A stretch of DNA of 44,981 nucleotides. It comes from Pseudomonadota bacterium. Lineage in GTDB: Bacteria > Pseudomonadota > Alphaproteobacteria > Rhizobiales > Devosiaceae. This document shows, piece by piece, positions 1 through 10,149 of the stretch. The stretch lies in NCBI GenBank assembly GCA_023430705.1, contig JAEYZJ010000072.1, positions 1 through 44,981 of the forward strand, given 5' to 3'. The translations under genes were made by a program, and so were the position numbers. Position 1 is the first letter of the stretch. Each line of letters starts with the position of its first letter. Below the pieces are notes generated by a model that was not told the DNA's origin, did no database searches, and was given only the letters and a program-made list of their open reading frames with translations.

Positions 1-1109
<1,109 letters not shown>

Positions 1110-1170
1110 TCAGGTCTCCGCCTGTGGAACGTTCATTCTATTTGCTGGGGTATAGAACTGGCGTTCCGTA

Positions 1171-2502
1171 CTACTCAAGCGTCTTCAGGATGCCTCCCAG
1201 CGTGCCGATCAACTCGTCGATCTGCGCCTTGGAGATGATCAGCGGCGGGCTCATCGCGATGATGTCGCCCGTGGTGCGGATCAGGATGCCCTTTTCGAAG
1301 GCGGTCACGAAGGCCGAGAAGGCCCGCTTGGTCGGCGCGCCGGCGATCGGCTCGAGTTCCACCGCGCCGATCAGGCCCAGGTTGCGGATGTCGATGACGT
1401 GCGGCAGCCCCTTGAGCGAGTGCAGGGCATCGGCCCAGTAGTCCGCCAGTTCCGCGCCGCGGGTCAGCAGGCCCTCGTCCTTGTACGTCTCGAGCGTCGC
1501 AAGGCCGGCGGCGGCTGCCACCGGATTGCCCGAATAGGTGTAGCCGTGCATGAACTCGATCACATGCTCGGGGCCTTGCATGAAGGCATCGTGGATCTCG
1601 GAGGTGACCAGCACCGCTCCCATCGGGATCGTGCCGTTGGTCAGCCCCTTGGCAGTCACCATGATGTCCGGGGTCACGCCGAAATAGTCTGCCGCGAACG
1701 GCGTTCCCACACGGCCGAACCCGGTGATCACCTCGTCGAAGATCAGCAGGATCCCGTGCTTCCTCGTGATCTCGCGCAGCTTCTGCAGGTAGCCCTTGGG
1801 CGGGATCAGCACGCCGGTGGACCCCGCGACCGGCTCGACGATCACCGCCGCGATGGTCGAGGCGTCATGCAGCGTGATGATGCGTTCGAGCTCGCTGGCG
1901 AGATCCTCTCCGCCCGTCTCGCGCTCGCCGCGGGTGAACTGGTTCTGGCCCGGCGTATGCGTGTGTGGCATGTGGTCGACGCCGGTCAGCAGCGTGCCGA
2001 ACATCTTGCGGTTGCTGACGATGCCGCCCACCGAGATGCCGCCGAAGTTGACGCCGTGATAGCCGCGTTCCCGCCCGATCAGCCGGAACCGGCTGCCGTC
2101 GCCCTTCACCCGGTGGTAGGCGAGCGCGACCTTCAGCGCCGTCTCCACCGACTCCGAGCCCGAATTGGTGTAGAGGACGTGGTTCATGCCTTCCGGCGCG
2201 ATCGATACCAGCGCGTTGGCCAGTTCGAACGCCTTGGGATGGCCCATCTGGAACGCCGGCGCGTAGTCCATCTCGGCCGCCTGCTCGGCAATCGCCTGGA
2301 CGATCTTCGGCCGGCAGTGGCCGGCGTTCACGCACCACAGGCCTGCCGTGCCGTCGAGGACCTGCCGCCCGTCCGCCGTGGTATAGTGCATGTCCTTGGC
2401 GCCGACGAACATGCGCGGCGCCTTCTTGAACTGCCGATTCGCAGTAAAAGGCATCCAGAACGCGCTCAGGTCGTTCGGCGTGACATTGCGGCGGTCGGAC
2501 AC
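1171..2502 (-). CDS. Class-III PLP aminotransferase, omega-amino acid (beta-alanine):pyruvate transaminase (PydD/BauA-like)
   Basis: AFWMPFTANRQFK, DGTAGLWCVNAGH, IFDEVITGFGR, AKGLTNG and HGYTYSG motifs. GTG start at 2502 with GGAG RBS. Adjacent to mmsA and RutR. Confidence 0.9.
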   Translation of the reverse strand: MSDRRNVTPNDLSAFWMPFTANRQFKKAPRMFVGAKDMHYTTADGRQVLDGTAGLWCVNAGHCRPKIVQAIAEQAAEMDYAPAFQMGHPKAFELANALVSIAPEGMNHVLYTNSGSESVETALKVALAYHRVKGDGSRFRLIGRERGYHGVNFGGISVGGIVSNRKMFGTLLTGVDHMPHTHTPGQNQFTRGERETGGEDLASELERIITLHDASTIAAVIVEPVAGSTGVLIPPKGYLQKLREITRKHGILLIFDEVITGFGRVGTPFAADYFGVTPDIMVTAKGLTNGTIPMGAVLVTSEIHDAFMQGPEHVIEFMHGYTYSGNPVAAAAGLATLETYKDEGLLTRGAELADYWADALHSLKGLPHVIDIRNLGLIGAVELEPIAGAPTKRAFSAFVTAFEKGILIRTTGDIIAMSPPLIISKAQIDELIGTLGGILKTLE

Positions 2503-2584
2503 CTTGGGGCTCCCTCGAGTATTTTCTTGAGTTTCGCGGCCCGGTGACTTTGGCACTTGACCTTTGGACGCGTTATCCAGAAAT

Positions 2585-2600
2585 TTGACCAGTTGGAAAA
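2585..2600. promoter_or_regulatory. RutR-type operator between the divergent aminotransferase and rutR
   Basis: TTGACCAGTTGGAAAA versus RutR consensus TTGACCAnnTGGTCAA, at the expected location. Confidence 0.75.
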
Positions 2601-2615
2601 AACGTTATCACTCCC

Positions 2616-3305
2616 ATGCCGCCGATCAAGGTGAAAATGCTGCCGCCGGACGGCGCGCAAGGTACCGCAAGCGTACCCGCTAGAAAGCGGCCGCGGGCGC
2701 AGACGCGCATCCAGCGGGAGAAGCAGGAAGTGATCCTCGAGGCGGCGCTGGACGTGTTCAGCCGCGAGGGATTCCGCGGCGCCACCATCGACCAGATCGC
2801 CGAGGCGGCGGGCATGAGCAAGCCCAATCTGCTCTACTATTTTCCGCGCAAGGAGGAGATCTACAAGCGGCTGATGACCGAGATGCTCGACGTCTGGCTG
2901 CAGCCGCTGCGCGAGATCGACTCGGTCGGCGATCCGGTATCCGAGTTGCGCTCCTACATCCGCCGCAAGATCGAGATGAGCCGCGACTATCCCCGCCAGA
3001 GCCGGCTCTTCGCCAACGAGATGCTGCAGGGCGGGCCGCGCGTGCTGGACGTGCTCGAGACCGACCTCAGGTCGCTCGTCGACGAGAAGGCGCAGGTCAT
3101 CACCGGCTGGATGGATATGGGCAAGATCGTCCGCACCGACCCCTACCATCTGATCTTTTCCATCTGGGCCACCACCCAGCATTACGCCGACTTCGACGTC
3201 CAGGTTCGCGCCGTGCTCGGCAAGGATCGTGGCGGCGAAGGCCGCTTCGAGGACGCCGCACGCTACCTCGAGAACCTGTTCCTCCACGGCCTGCTGCCGA
3301 AATAG
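2616..3305 (+). CDS. rutR: TetR-family pyrimidine-responsive regulator (RutR/PydR-like)
   Basis: N-terminal HTH (GATIDQIAEAAGMSKPNLLYYF) and RutR-type C-terminus (SRLFANE, IFSIWATTQHYADF). Lies in a pyrimidine catabolism context. Start could be a few codons later. Confidence 0.88.
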   Translation: MPPIKVKMLPPDGAQGTASVPARKRPRAQTRIQREKQEVILEAALDVFSREGFRGATIDQIAEAAGMSKPNLLYYFPRKEEIYKRLMTEMLDVWLQPLREIDSVGDPVSELRSYIRRKIEMSRDYPRQSRLFANEMLQGGPRVLDVLETDLRSLVDEKAQVITGWMDMGKIVRTDPYHLIFSIWATTQHYADFDVQVRAVLGKDRGGEGRFEDAARYLENLFLHGLLPK

Positions 3306-3395
3306 CCGGCGCTTTCGTTCCATGTAGGTATTGACCCGCCCGGACACTTCCACGATCACCCGCGTGACCGCCCGGGGGCGGGCGAGGGACATGAC

Positions 3396-4400
3396 GTGAC
3401 GACCAGCCGTGCCGATGAATGGATCATGCGCGCCGCCAACGCATGGATCCGGCTGACCAATCGCCGCCTGGTGCGCGCCTGCCGCCGCCATTTCGGCTAC
3501 GTGCCGGATATCGCCCGGCCGCGTGGCCACGACGCCCTGATGCAGTGGCGCAAGGTCTTCGACCACAATCCGCTGTTCACGGTGTTCTGCGACAAGCTCG
3601 CGGCCCGCGACTGGGCCCGGCAGCGCCTGCCCGAGCTGGACACGGCGGAGATCCTTTGGACGGGCAAGCGGCTCGCCGACCTGCCGGATGGGCTGCTCAC
3701 CGACGATTGCGTGCTGAAGGTGAACACCGGAAGCGGCAGCAACTACTTCCCTGGCCGCCAGCGCTGGACCGCCGGCAGGATTCGGCGGCGATTTCGTCGC
3801 TGGATGCGCAAGCCCAATTGCGGTCCCGGTGAATGGGCCTATGCGACGGTTGAACGGCGCCTGCTGGTCGAACGGCTGATCGGCCCTCCCGACAAGGTGC
3901 TGGACTTGATCATCCGCGGTCAGGACGGCGAACTTTCCTACGCCTTCCTCGGCATCAACTGGAAGTCGCGCGACGCACGCGGCTGCTACCTCTCGCTCGA
4001 TGGGCAGCCCATGGACTTCGTACCCGCGGAGAACGCGCGCCTGGCTCGCCAATTGCTGCGGCCGGATCACTTTGCACGCGCCATCGAGACCGCCCGGCGG
4101 CTGAGCCGCGGCATCGATCACGTGCGGGTGGATTTTCACATCTGCGGTGACCTCATGGTGCTCGGCGAGATGACGGTCTACTCGTCTTCCGGACTCGGTG
4201 ACGAGGAGCGCGATGGCGTGGGCGTGCTGACGGAACGCGCCTGGATCAAGGCCATCGACAAGTCGTGGTTCCTGTCGACGCCGCAGCCGTGGCCGATGTC
4301 GCTCTACCAGGGCGCCTTCAGGCGCTGGGTGGCGCACCGCCGGCTCGAACTGGCTATTGTTCCCGCAACAGAGCCAGCACCAGCAGCCCCAGCACCGTGA
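3396..4400 (+). CDS. TupA-like ATP-grasp amidoligase
   Basis: DKLAARDW, VLKVNTGSG, GEWAYATVERRLLVE and RVDFH...GEMTVYSSSG match the TupA-type ATP-grasp pattern. Start uncertain. Confidence 0.75.
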   Translation: MTTSRADEWIMRAANAWIRLTNRRLVRACRRHFGYVPDIARPRGHDALMQWRKVFDHNPLFTVFCDKLAARDWARQRLPELDTAEILWTGKRLADLPDGLLTDDCVLKVNTGSGSNYFPGRQRWTAGRIRRRFRRWMRKPNCGPGEWAYATVERRLLVERLIGPPDKVLDLIIRGQDGELSYAFLGINWKSRDARGCYLSLDGQPMDFVPAENARLARQLLRPDHFARAIETARRLSRGIDHVRVDFHICGDLMVLGEMTVYSSSGLGDEERDGVGVLTERAWIKAIDKSWFLSTPQPWPMSLYQGAFRRWVAHRRLELAIVPATEPAPAAPAP

Positions 4401-5277
4401 CCAGTGCCCCGGCGGCGACGCTGGCGCTGGTCCAGCCATGCCCTGCCATCCCCTCGAAGACGATGACGAAAGCAGGCACGAGATAGCCGTAGGCGATCAC
4501 CTTGGCGGCCGGCAGATGCGCCGAGGCGAACTGGATGAGGAAGAAGCACACCGCCGTCGGCCCGGCGGCCAGATACAGCACCACCCACCACACCAGTGGA
4601 TCGAGATGCAGCCAGTCCGTGGCGACAATCTCGGGCAGCCCGTAGAGCACGATCCAGGCCGCGGTGGCGACCATGGTCCAGAAGCTCAGCACCAGTGCCG
4701 GCTCGCCCCGGTTGAAGCGCCGCAGCAGGGGCGTGTAGATCGCATAGGCGATGCAGCCCACGAGATAGATGAGCTCCCCCCGGCCGATGTCGAACCGCAT
4801 CAGCGCCTCGACGTCGCCGCGGAAGATCACCCACACCGCGCCTCCGCCGGCCAGCAGCAGGCTGACCAGTACCGCCGCCCCCGACCGCTGCCCGACGATG
4901 AAGTAGGCCGTCACCGCCGTCATCAGCGGCACCAGCGTGTAGACCGCGCTAGTCGCCACCGGCTCGGTCATCGTCAGTGCGATGAACATCGAGACGAAAT
5001 AGACCGCGGTGAGCAGGCCGTTTATGCCGAAGCGCCACGGCGCCGCCGGCCACTCGAAGCGCTGCCGAGCCAGCCCGAAGGCGAAGCCGCCCATGAGCGC
5101 CGCCGCCAGCACGAAGCGCAGTGCATTGAGCGGCACCGCATGGATATGCGGCACCGTGAGGGCGCCCAGCGTGAAGGACCCCGCGATCAGCCCGGCAAAG
5201 AGCAGCATGGCAAGGTGCGCATGCAGCCGCTTCCGGCCGGCGGCCGCGCTTCCGGTCTCAGCCCCGATTTCAGTCAC
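4354..5277 (-). CDS. DMT/EamA family transporter
   Basis: About 10 hydrophobic segments in two EamA-like repeats. Confidence 0.85.
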   Translation of the reverse strand: MTEIGAETGSAAAGRKRLHAHLAMLLFAGLIAGSFTLGALTVPHIHAVPLNALRFVLAAALMGGFAFGLARQRFEWPAAPWRFGINGLLTAVYFVSMFIALTMTEPVATSAVYTLVPLMTAVTAYFIVGQRSGAAVLVSLLLAGGGAVWVIFRGDVEALMRFDIGRGELIYLVGCIAYAIYTPLLRRFNRGEPALVLSFWTMVATAAWIVLYGLPEIVATDWLHLDPLVWWVVLYLAAGPTAVCFFLIQFASAHLPAAKVIAYGYLVPAFVIVFEGMAGHGWTSASVAAGALVTVLGLLVLALLREQ

Positions 5278-5330
5278 TGCAACCTCGCGTTCGCCGCCGC
5301 GGCCCCGTCACGCCCGAGTTTTGCACGGCC

Positions 5331-6314
5331 TCAGGCGGCTTCGGCGAGGGCGAAGGTGTGACCCGGCAGCGCCTTGGCGCGATAGAGCGCCGCGTCCGCC
5401 GCGGCAACCAGGTAGGGATCCCCCGGGCGTCCCACCGCCGCGCCGACGCTCGATCCGAGGGCGACGGCGGTTGCCCCGATCTGGATTGGTTCGTTGAGGC
5501 ACGCGCCGACATCGGCCGCCAGTTCCGCGAGTGTGTCGGCATCGATCGGGCCGGGGCGCACGAAGGCGAACTCGTCCCCTCCGATCCGCGCCACGAGGTC
5601 GCCTTCGCCGGCAAGCGCCGCGATGCGCCGCGCCACCACCCGCAGCAGTTCGTCGCCCGCGCCGTGACCCAGCCGGTCGTTGATCGCCTTGAAGTCGTCG
5701 AGGTCGAGATAGAGCAGCCCGATCTCGTCGATGCCACGCCCCGGTGCCGCCGCGATCCAGCCGTCGAAGGCGAGCCGGTTGCCCAGTCCCGTGAGCGGAT
5801 CGCGCAAGGCCAGGTCCTGCGCTTCGCGCCGCCGCCGGTCCAGTTCGCGCGTCATGCCGTAGAGCCGCCGCACCAGCAGGAACACGCCGAGCAGGAACGC
5901 CGCGCAGGCCGCCAGCCGGATTGGCGCGAGCTGGAAGAACATCTGCGTGCCGATGCGGTTCGGCGTCCAGGCCAGCACTTCGGCGCGTCCCGCAAGGGGG
6001 ATCGAGATTTCCGTCGGCAACACTTCGGCCGGAAGCACGAACCGGGATCCCTCGAGGACGAAATCCTGATCCAGCTGCGCCTCGACGCCGGGGGCGCTCC
6101 CTATCGCCGCCAGCGCGCGCATCGCCCGCTGCATCTCGCTTCCGAGGGCGGCGTGGTCGATGGAATGCACGGCGTAAAAGGCAGCCAGCACGACGCTGAA
6201 TGCAGTCAGCAGCATGGCTGCTGCCCCGGACACCAGCAGCCTGCGCGGATCGGGCAGTCTGTCCGGCTGGTTCTTCTCGTCGTCCGCCTGCTTCGATACG
6301 CCGAATACTCTCAT
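5331..6314 (-). CDS. Membrane-anchored diguanylate cyclase (GGDEF), no EAL domain
   Basis: Two TM segments, DPLTGLGNR, LDLDDFKAINDRLGHGAGDELL and intact RIGGDEF. No RxxD I-site (GEGD). ATG 6314 with GGAG RBS. Confidence 0.9.
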   Translation of the reverse strand: MRVFGVSKQADDEKNQPDRLPDPRRLLVSGAAAMLLTAFSVVLAAFYAVHSIDHAALGSEMQRAMRALAAIGSAPGVEAQLDQDFVLEGSRFVLPAEVLPTEISIPLAGRAEVLAWTPNRIGTQMFFQLAPIRLAACAAFLLGVFLLVRRLYGMTRELDRRRREAQDLALRDPLTGLGNRLAFDGWIAAAPGRGIDEIGLLYLDLDDFKAINDRLGHGAGDELLRVVARRIAALAGEGDLVARIGGDEFAFVRPGPIDADTLAELAADVGACLNEPIQIGATAVALGSSVGAAVGRPGDPYLVAAADAALYRAKALPGHTFALAEAA

Positions 6315-6393
6315 AACCAACTCCGTCACGCGGCAGGCTAGCAGGCAGCCCTTGCCAAACGATGAGTGCCCCCGGGGGGCTAACGGCAGATGG

Positions 6394-6409
6394 TTGACGC
6401 CGACTTAAC
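6394..6409. promoter_or_regulatory. CtrA-like box upstream of the GGDEF gene
   Basis: TTGA-CGCCGAC-TTAAC, one mismatch to TTAA-N7-TTAAC, 80 bp upstream of the start. Confidence 0.5.
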
Positions 6410-6496
6410 CGCAGGTCTGGCGGACGGAAAAAGACGCAGGGCAGGGGGCGGAGGATGCCGCTCGCACACGGCCATCCCCGCTCGAGGCGCTCGTCG

Positions 6497-6520
6497 TGGG
6501 CGGGCCGTCGGACCCGCCCA
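6497..6520 (-). terminator. GC-rich hairpin just downstream of preA (possible terminator)
   Basis: TGGGCGGG-N8-CCCGCCCA. No clear U-tract on the minus strand. Confidence 0.35.
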
Positions 6521-6538
6521 TTTGAGGCCGGCCCGGCG

Positions 6539-7855
6539 TTACTCCGCCGGCTCGACCTTGCGCATCGGGTTGTTGGGATGGGTGGTCCAGTTGGCGTAGG
6601 TCGGCTCCACCACCTTGTTGGTCCGGGCGTCGAGCATCCCGGGCTCGAGCTGGATCATGGTGATGCAGTCCTCCACCGGGCAGACATTGACGCACAGGTT
6701 GCACCCCACGCACTCGTCGTCCATGACCTCGAAGTGGCGCTTGCCGTCCTTCTCCTTCATGATCGCCTGATGCGAGGTGTCCTCGCAGGCAATGTGGCAT
6801 CGCCCGCAGGAGATGCACTTGTCCTGGTCGATCTTGGCCTTGGTGATGTAGTTGAGGTTGAGGAACCGCCAGTCGGTGACGTTGCGCGCCGCCTTGCCGG
6901 TAAAGTCCTCGAGCGTGCGGTAGCCTTTCTCGTCCATCCAGTTCGAGAGCCCCGAGACCATCTCCTCGACGATCTTGAAGCCATAGACCATGGCCGCTGT
7001 GCACACCTGCACGTTGCCCGCGCCCAGCGCCAGGAACTCCGCCGCGTCGCGCCAGGTGGTGACGCCGCCAATGCCCGAGATCGGCAGGCCGTAGGTCTCC
7101 GGGTCGCGCGCGATCTCCGCCACCATGTGGAGCGCGATGGGCTTCGCCGCCGGGCCGCAATAGCCGCCATGCGTGCCCTTGCCGTCGATCGTTGGCGTCG
7201 GGGCCATCAGGTCGAGGTCGACCGAGGTGATCGAGTTGATGGTGTTGATCAGGCTCACCGCGTCGGTGCCGCCGTGCTTTGCCGCGCGGGCAGGGCGGCG
7301 GATGTCGGTGACGTTCGGCGTCAGCTTGGTGATCACCGGCATGCGCGAGTACTGCTTGCACCAGCGCACGACCATTTCGACATACTCGGGCACCTGGCCC
7401 ACGGCGGCGCCCATGCCGCGCTCGCTCATGCCGTGCGGGCAGCCGAAATTGAGCTCGATCCCGTCCGCCTCGGTTTCCTCGACGAGCGGCAGGATCGCCT
7501 TCCAGCTCTCCTCCTCGCACGGAACCATGATCGAGACGACCACTGCCCGGTCGGGCCAGCTCTTCTTGACGTGCTTGATCTCCTGCAGGTTGAGCTGCAG
7601 CTGCCGGTCGGTGATGAGCTCGATATTGTTGAAGCCCACGAGACGCCGGTCGCCGGCCCAGATCGCGCCGTAGCGCGGGCCGTTCACGTTGACGACCGGC
7701 GGACCTTCCTCGCCCAGCGTCTTCCAGACCACGCCGCCCCAGCCCGCCTTGAAGGCGCGCTCGACATTGTAGGCCTTGTCCGTCGGCGGCGCCGAAGCCA
7801 GCCAGAACGGATTGGGCGACTTGATCCCGACGAAGTTGTTGCGGATGTCTGCCAT
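6539..7855 (-). CDS. preA: NAD-dependent dihydropyrimidine dehydrogenase subunit PreA (PydA)
   Basis: NPFWLASAPPT, ELNFGCPHGM, KLTPN, INTINS and C-terminal 2x[4Fe-4S] motifs (CISCGRC, CVGCNLC). Confidence 0.95.
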   Translation of the reverse strand: MADIRNNFVGIKSPNPFWLASAPPTDKAYNVERAFKAGWGGVVWKTLGEEGPPVVNVNGPRYGAIWAGDRRLVGFNNIELITDRQLQLNLQEIKHVKKSWPDRAVVVSIMVPCEEESWKAILPLVEETEADGIELNFGCPHGMSERGMGAAVGQVPEYVEMVVRWCKQYSRMPVITKLTPNVTDIRRPARAAKHGGTDAVSLINTINSITSVDLDLMAPTPTIDGKGTHGGYCGPAAKPIALHMVAEIARDPETYGLPISGIGGVTTWRDAAEFLALGAGNVQVCTAAMVYGFKIVEEMVSGLSNWMDEKGYRTLEDFTGKAARNVTDWRFLNLNYITKAKIDQDKCISCGRCHIACEDTSHQAIMKEKDGKRHFEVMDDECVGCNLCVNVCPVEDCITMIQLEPGMLDARTNKVVEPTYANWTTHPNNPMRKVEPAE

Positions 7856-7866
7856 CGGGGTTCTCC

Positions 7867-9216
7867 TCAGTTCCCGCTCAGGTACCGGTGGATGCTTTCG
7901 GCCGCGTCGCGGCCCTGCGCCACCGCCGTCACCGTGAGGTCGTCGCCCTTGTCGATGCAGTCGCCGCCGGCCCAGACGCCGGTGCGCGACGTGCGCCCCT
8001 CGCTGTCCACCGCGATGCGCCCGCCGGCGAGGGCAAGCCCGGCAGCCGTCTCGTCCTCGAGCGTCTGGCCGATGGCCTTGAACACCTGGTCGGCAGGCAG
8101 CATCACCGTGTGGCCCATCCCCACCAGCCGCCCGTCCTTGAGCGTCGTGTATTCGAGTTCGACGCCGGTGATCCGGCCGTTCTCGCTCAGCACCCGCCGG
8201 GGCTGCACCCAGTTGCGGATGGTGACGCCCTTCGATGCGGCGAGGTCCTGCTCGAAGGTGGAGGCGTTCATGTGCTCGCGGCCGCGCCGGTAGCAGATGG
8301 TGACGTCCTCCGCGCCGAGGAGCTTGGCCTGCACCGCCGCATCGACTGCCGTCATGCCGCCGCCGATCACCACGATGCGCCGGCCCACCGCCAGCCTCGA
8401 CAGGTCGTCCGCCTGCCGCAACTCGGCAATGAAGTCGACCGCGTCGGCAAGCCCGTCGCCCGCCGTGGTCTCGCCCTCGGCCCTCAGCGCATTCACGCCC
8501 CCCAGCCCGATGCCGAGGAACACCGCGTCATGGGTCTCGAGCAGCCGCTCCAGCGTCAGGTCCTTGCCCAGCCGCTGGCCGAGCGCGATGTCGATGCCGC
8601 CGATCGCGGTGACATACTCCACCTCCGCCTGCGCGAAGCCGTCGGGCGTCTTGTAGCTGGCGATGCCGTACTCGTTGAGCCCGCCGGCCTTGGGACGCGC
8701 GTCATAGACGGTGACGTTGTGCCCGTGTACGGCCAGCCGGTGAGCCGCCGCGAGGCCCGCCGGTCCCGCGCCCACCACCGCCACGGTCTTGCCGGTCGCG
8801 GGTGCGCGCTCGAAGAACTGGACGTTCCGCTCCATGGCGATGTCGGTGGCATAGCGCTGCAGCTGGCCGATCTTGACCGGCTTCCCCTCTGCCTCCATGC
8901 GCACGCAGGCGTCTTCGCACAGCTGCTCGGTGGGACAGACCCGCGCGCACATGCCGCCCAGGATGTTCTGCTCGAATATGGTTTCCGCCGCCCCCAGCGG
9001 ATTGTCCGTCGAGATCTCCCGGATGAACATCGGGATGTCGATCGAGGTCGGACAGGCGTTCATGCACGGCGCATCGAAGCAGAAGTAGCACCGGTCGGCC
9101 TCGACGAAGGCCTCGTGCCGCTCGAGTGGCGGATGCAGGTCCGTGAAATTGCGCGCGTACTGGTCCGGTTCGAGCCTCCCCGCTGCTATGCCTTCCTTGA
9201 GCATACCCTCGCTCAT
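7867..9216 (-). CDS. preT: Dihydropyrimidine dehydrogenase subunit PreT (PydX, GltD-like flavoprotein)
   Basis: RCYFCFDAPCMNACP, CARVCPTEQLCE, GAGPAG, GGGMTAVD and AGGDC. Directly upstream of preA. Confidence 0.92.
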   Translation of the reverse strand: MSEGMLKEGIAAGRLEPDQYARNFTDLHPPLERHEAFVEADRCYFCFDAPCMNACPTSIDIPMFIREISTDNPLGAAETIFEQNILGGMCARVCPTEQLCEDACVRMEAEGKPVKIGQLQRYATDIAMERNVQFFERAPATGKTVAVVGAGPAGLAAAHRLAVHGHNVTVYDARPKAGGLNEYGIASYKTPDGFAQAEVEYVTAIGGIDIALGQRLGKDLTLERLLETHDAVFLGIGLGGVNALRAEGETTAGDGLADAVDFIAELRQADDLSRLAVGRRIVVIGGGMTAVDAAVQAKLLGAEDVTICYRRGREHMNASTFEQDLAASKGVTIRNWVQPRRVLSENGRITGVELEYTTLKDGRLVGMGHTVMLPADQVFKAIGQTLEDETAAGLALAGGRIAVDSEGRTSRTGVWAGGDCIDKGDDLTVTAVAQGRDAAESIHRYLSGN

Positions 9217-9274
9217 CGGCCTCTCCCTCTCCTTGGAGCCGTTCTAGTTCGTGACGCTAGCGCAGGGTCCAAAT

Positions 9275-9290
9275 TTTATCAATTGGTCAA
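9275..9290. promoter_or_regulatory. RutR-type operator upstream of preT-preA
   Basis: TTTATCAATTGGTCAA (reverse complement TTGACCAATTGATAAA), about 60 bp upstream of the preT start. Confidence 0.75.
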
Positions 9291-9653
9291 AAATGAGAAA
9301 AGGCCGGCGCACGCCCCAGCACCTCCCCGCGGGCCGGAGAAGCGGATCAGGGTGAAGCCCTGGTCACTGGAATGGGTCCGATCCGACTAAAATCTCGCCT
9401 CATTCTGCCGACACTGCGAGCAACGGAGCCCGCTCGAACGGGGTCGGATTCGAAGAAGTTTCCTTTTGGTAAATGGCGTCCGAGTCCTTGCCAGAGACGC
9501 TGCAAGTTTCTGGAATCTAGAGCAAAATTGGAGTCTTGGGCGCGAGTCCCGGTGATGCATCCGTGCAACAGTTGCGGTTGCGACAACCCCATTCATTTTT
9601 GGTTCATATTGTCGCCACACGCCTAAAGCCTTCTCGCGCCATCGTAAACAAGC

Positions 9654-10031
9654 GTGAGTACTTCAAGGTTGAATAGGAAAATCGTTCTGGTCGCAGCCGC
9701 CCTGGTAACGGGCCTAATGACTTCCGTTACGGGTGCAACGGCAGCCGATCAGTGCGGTGGGGCGTCCTGGTACGGACCGGGTTTCCACGGCAAGAAGACG
9801 GCCTCCGGCGAGCGGTTCAATCAGAATGCAATGACCGCCGCCCACAAGACTCTCCCCCTCGGCAGTGTCGTGAAAGTCACGAACCAGCACACGGGCAAGT
9901 CCATCGAGGTCAAGATCAACGACCGCGGTCCCTTCGCCAAGGGCCGCATTATCGACCTTTCCAAGGCTGCAGCAGCCAAGCTCGGCACCCAGGCGGCCGG
10001 CGTTGGCAAAGTGTGCATCGCCAAGCTCTGA
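9654..10031 (+). CDS. rlpA: RlpA-family septal lytic transglycosylase (DPBB domain only, signal peptide)
   Basis: [28 protein letters not shown] and INDRGPF...RIIDLS. Start may be TTG 9669. Confidence 0.92.
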   Translation: MSTSRLNRKIVLVAAALVTGLMTSVTGATAADQCGGASWYGPGFHGKKTASGERFNQNAMTAAHKTLPLGSVVKVTNQHTGKSIEVKINDRGPFAKGRIIDLSKAAAAKLGTQAAGVGKVCIAKL

Positions 10032-10053
10032 CCCAGCGGATCAGGCAGGATTT

Positions 10054-10092
10054 GAAGGGGTCGCCCGGGCCATCGGGCGGCCCCTTTCTCTT
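10054..10092 (+). terminator. Rho-independent terminator after rlpA
   Basis: AAGGGGTCGCCCG-ggccat-CGGGCGGCCCCTT stem followed by TCTCTT. Confidence 0.7.
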
Positions 10093-10149
10093 GACCACGA
10101 GGAGGCGGGTCGTTCAGATGCAGCCCCAAGCGTGAAAGGAACTGCTTCT

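Noticed and set aside
9217..9653. AT-rich, GANTC-rich intergenic region as a replication origin or protein-coding region
   Set aside because: I saw no DnaA boxes and no origin-associated genes. The short ORFs (77-84 aa) have atypical codon usage and no motifs.
10091..10106. TTGACCAC half-site upstream of adenine deaminase as a RutR box
   Set aside because: The right half (GAGGAGGC) does not match. It is equally explained as a -35 element after the rlpA terminator.
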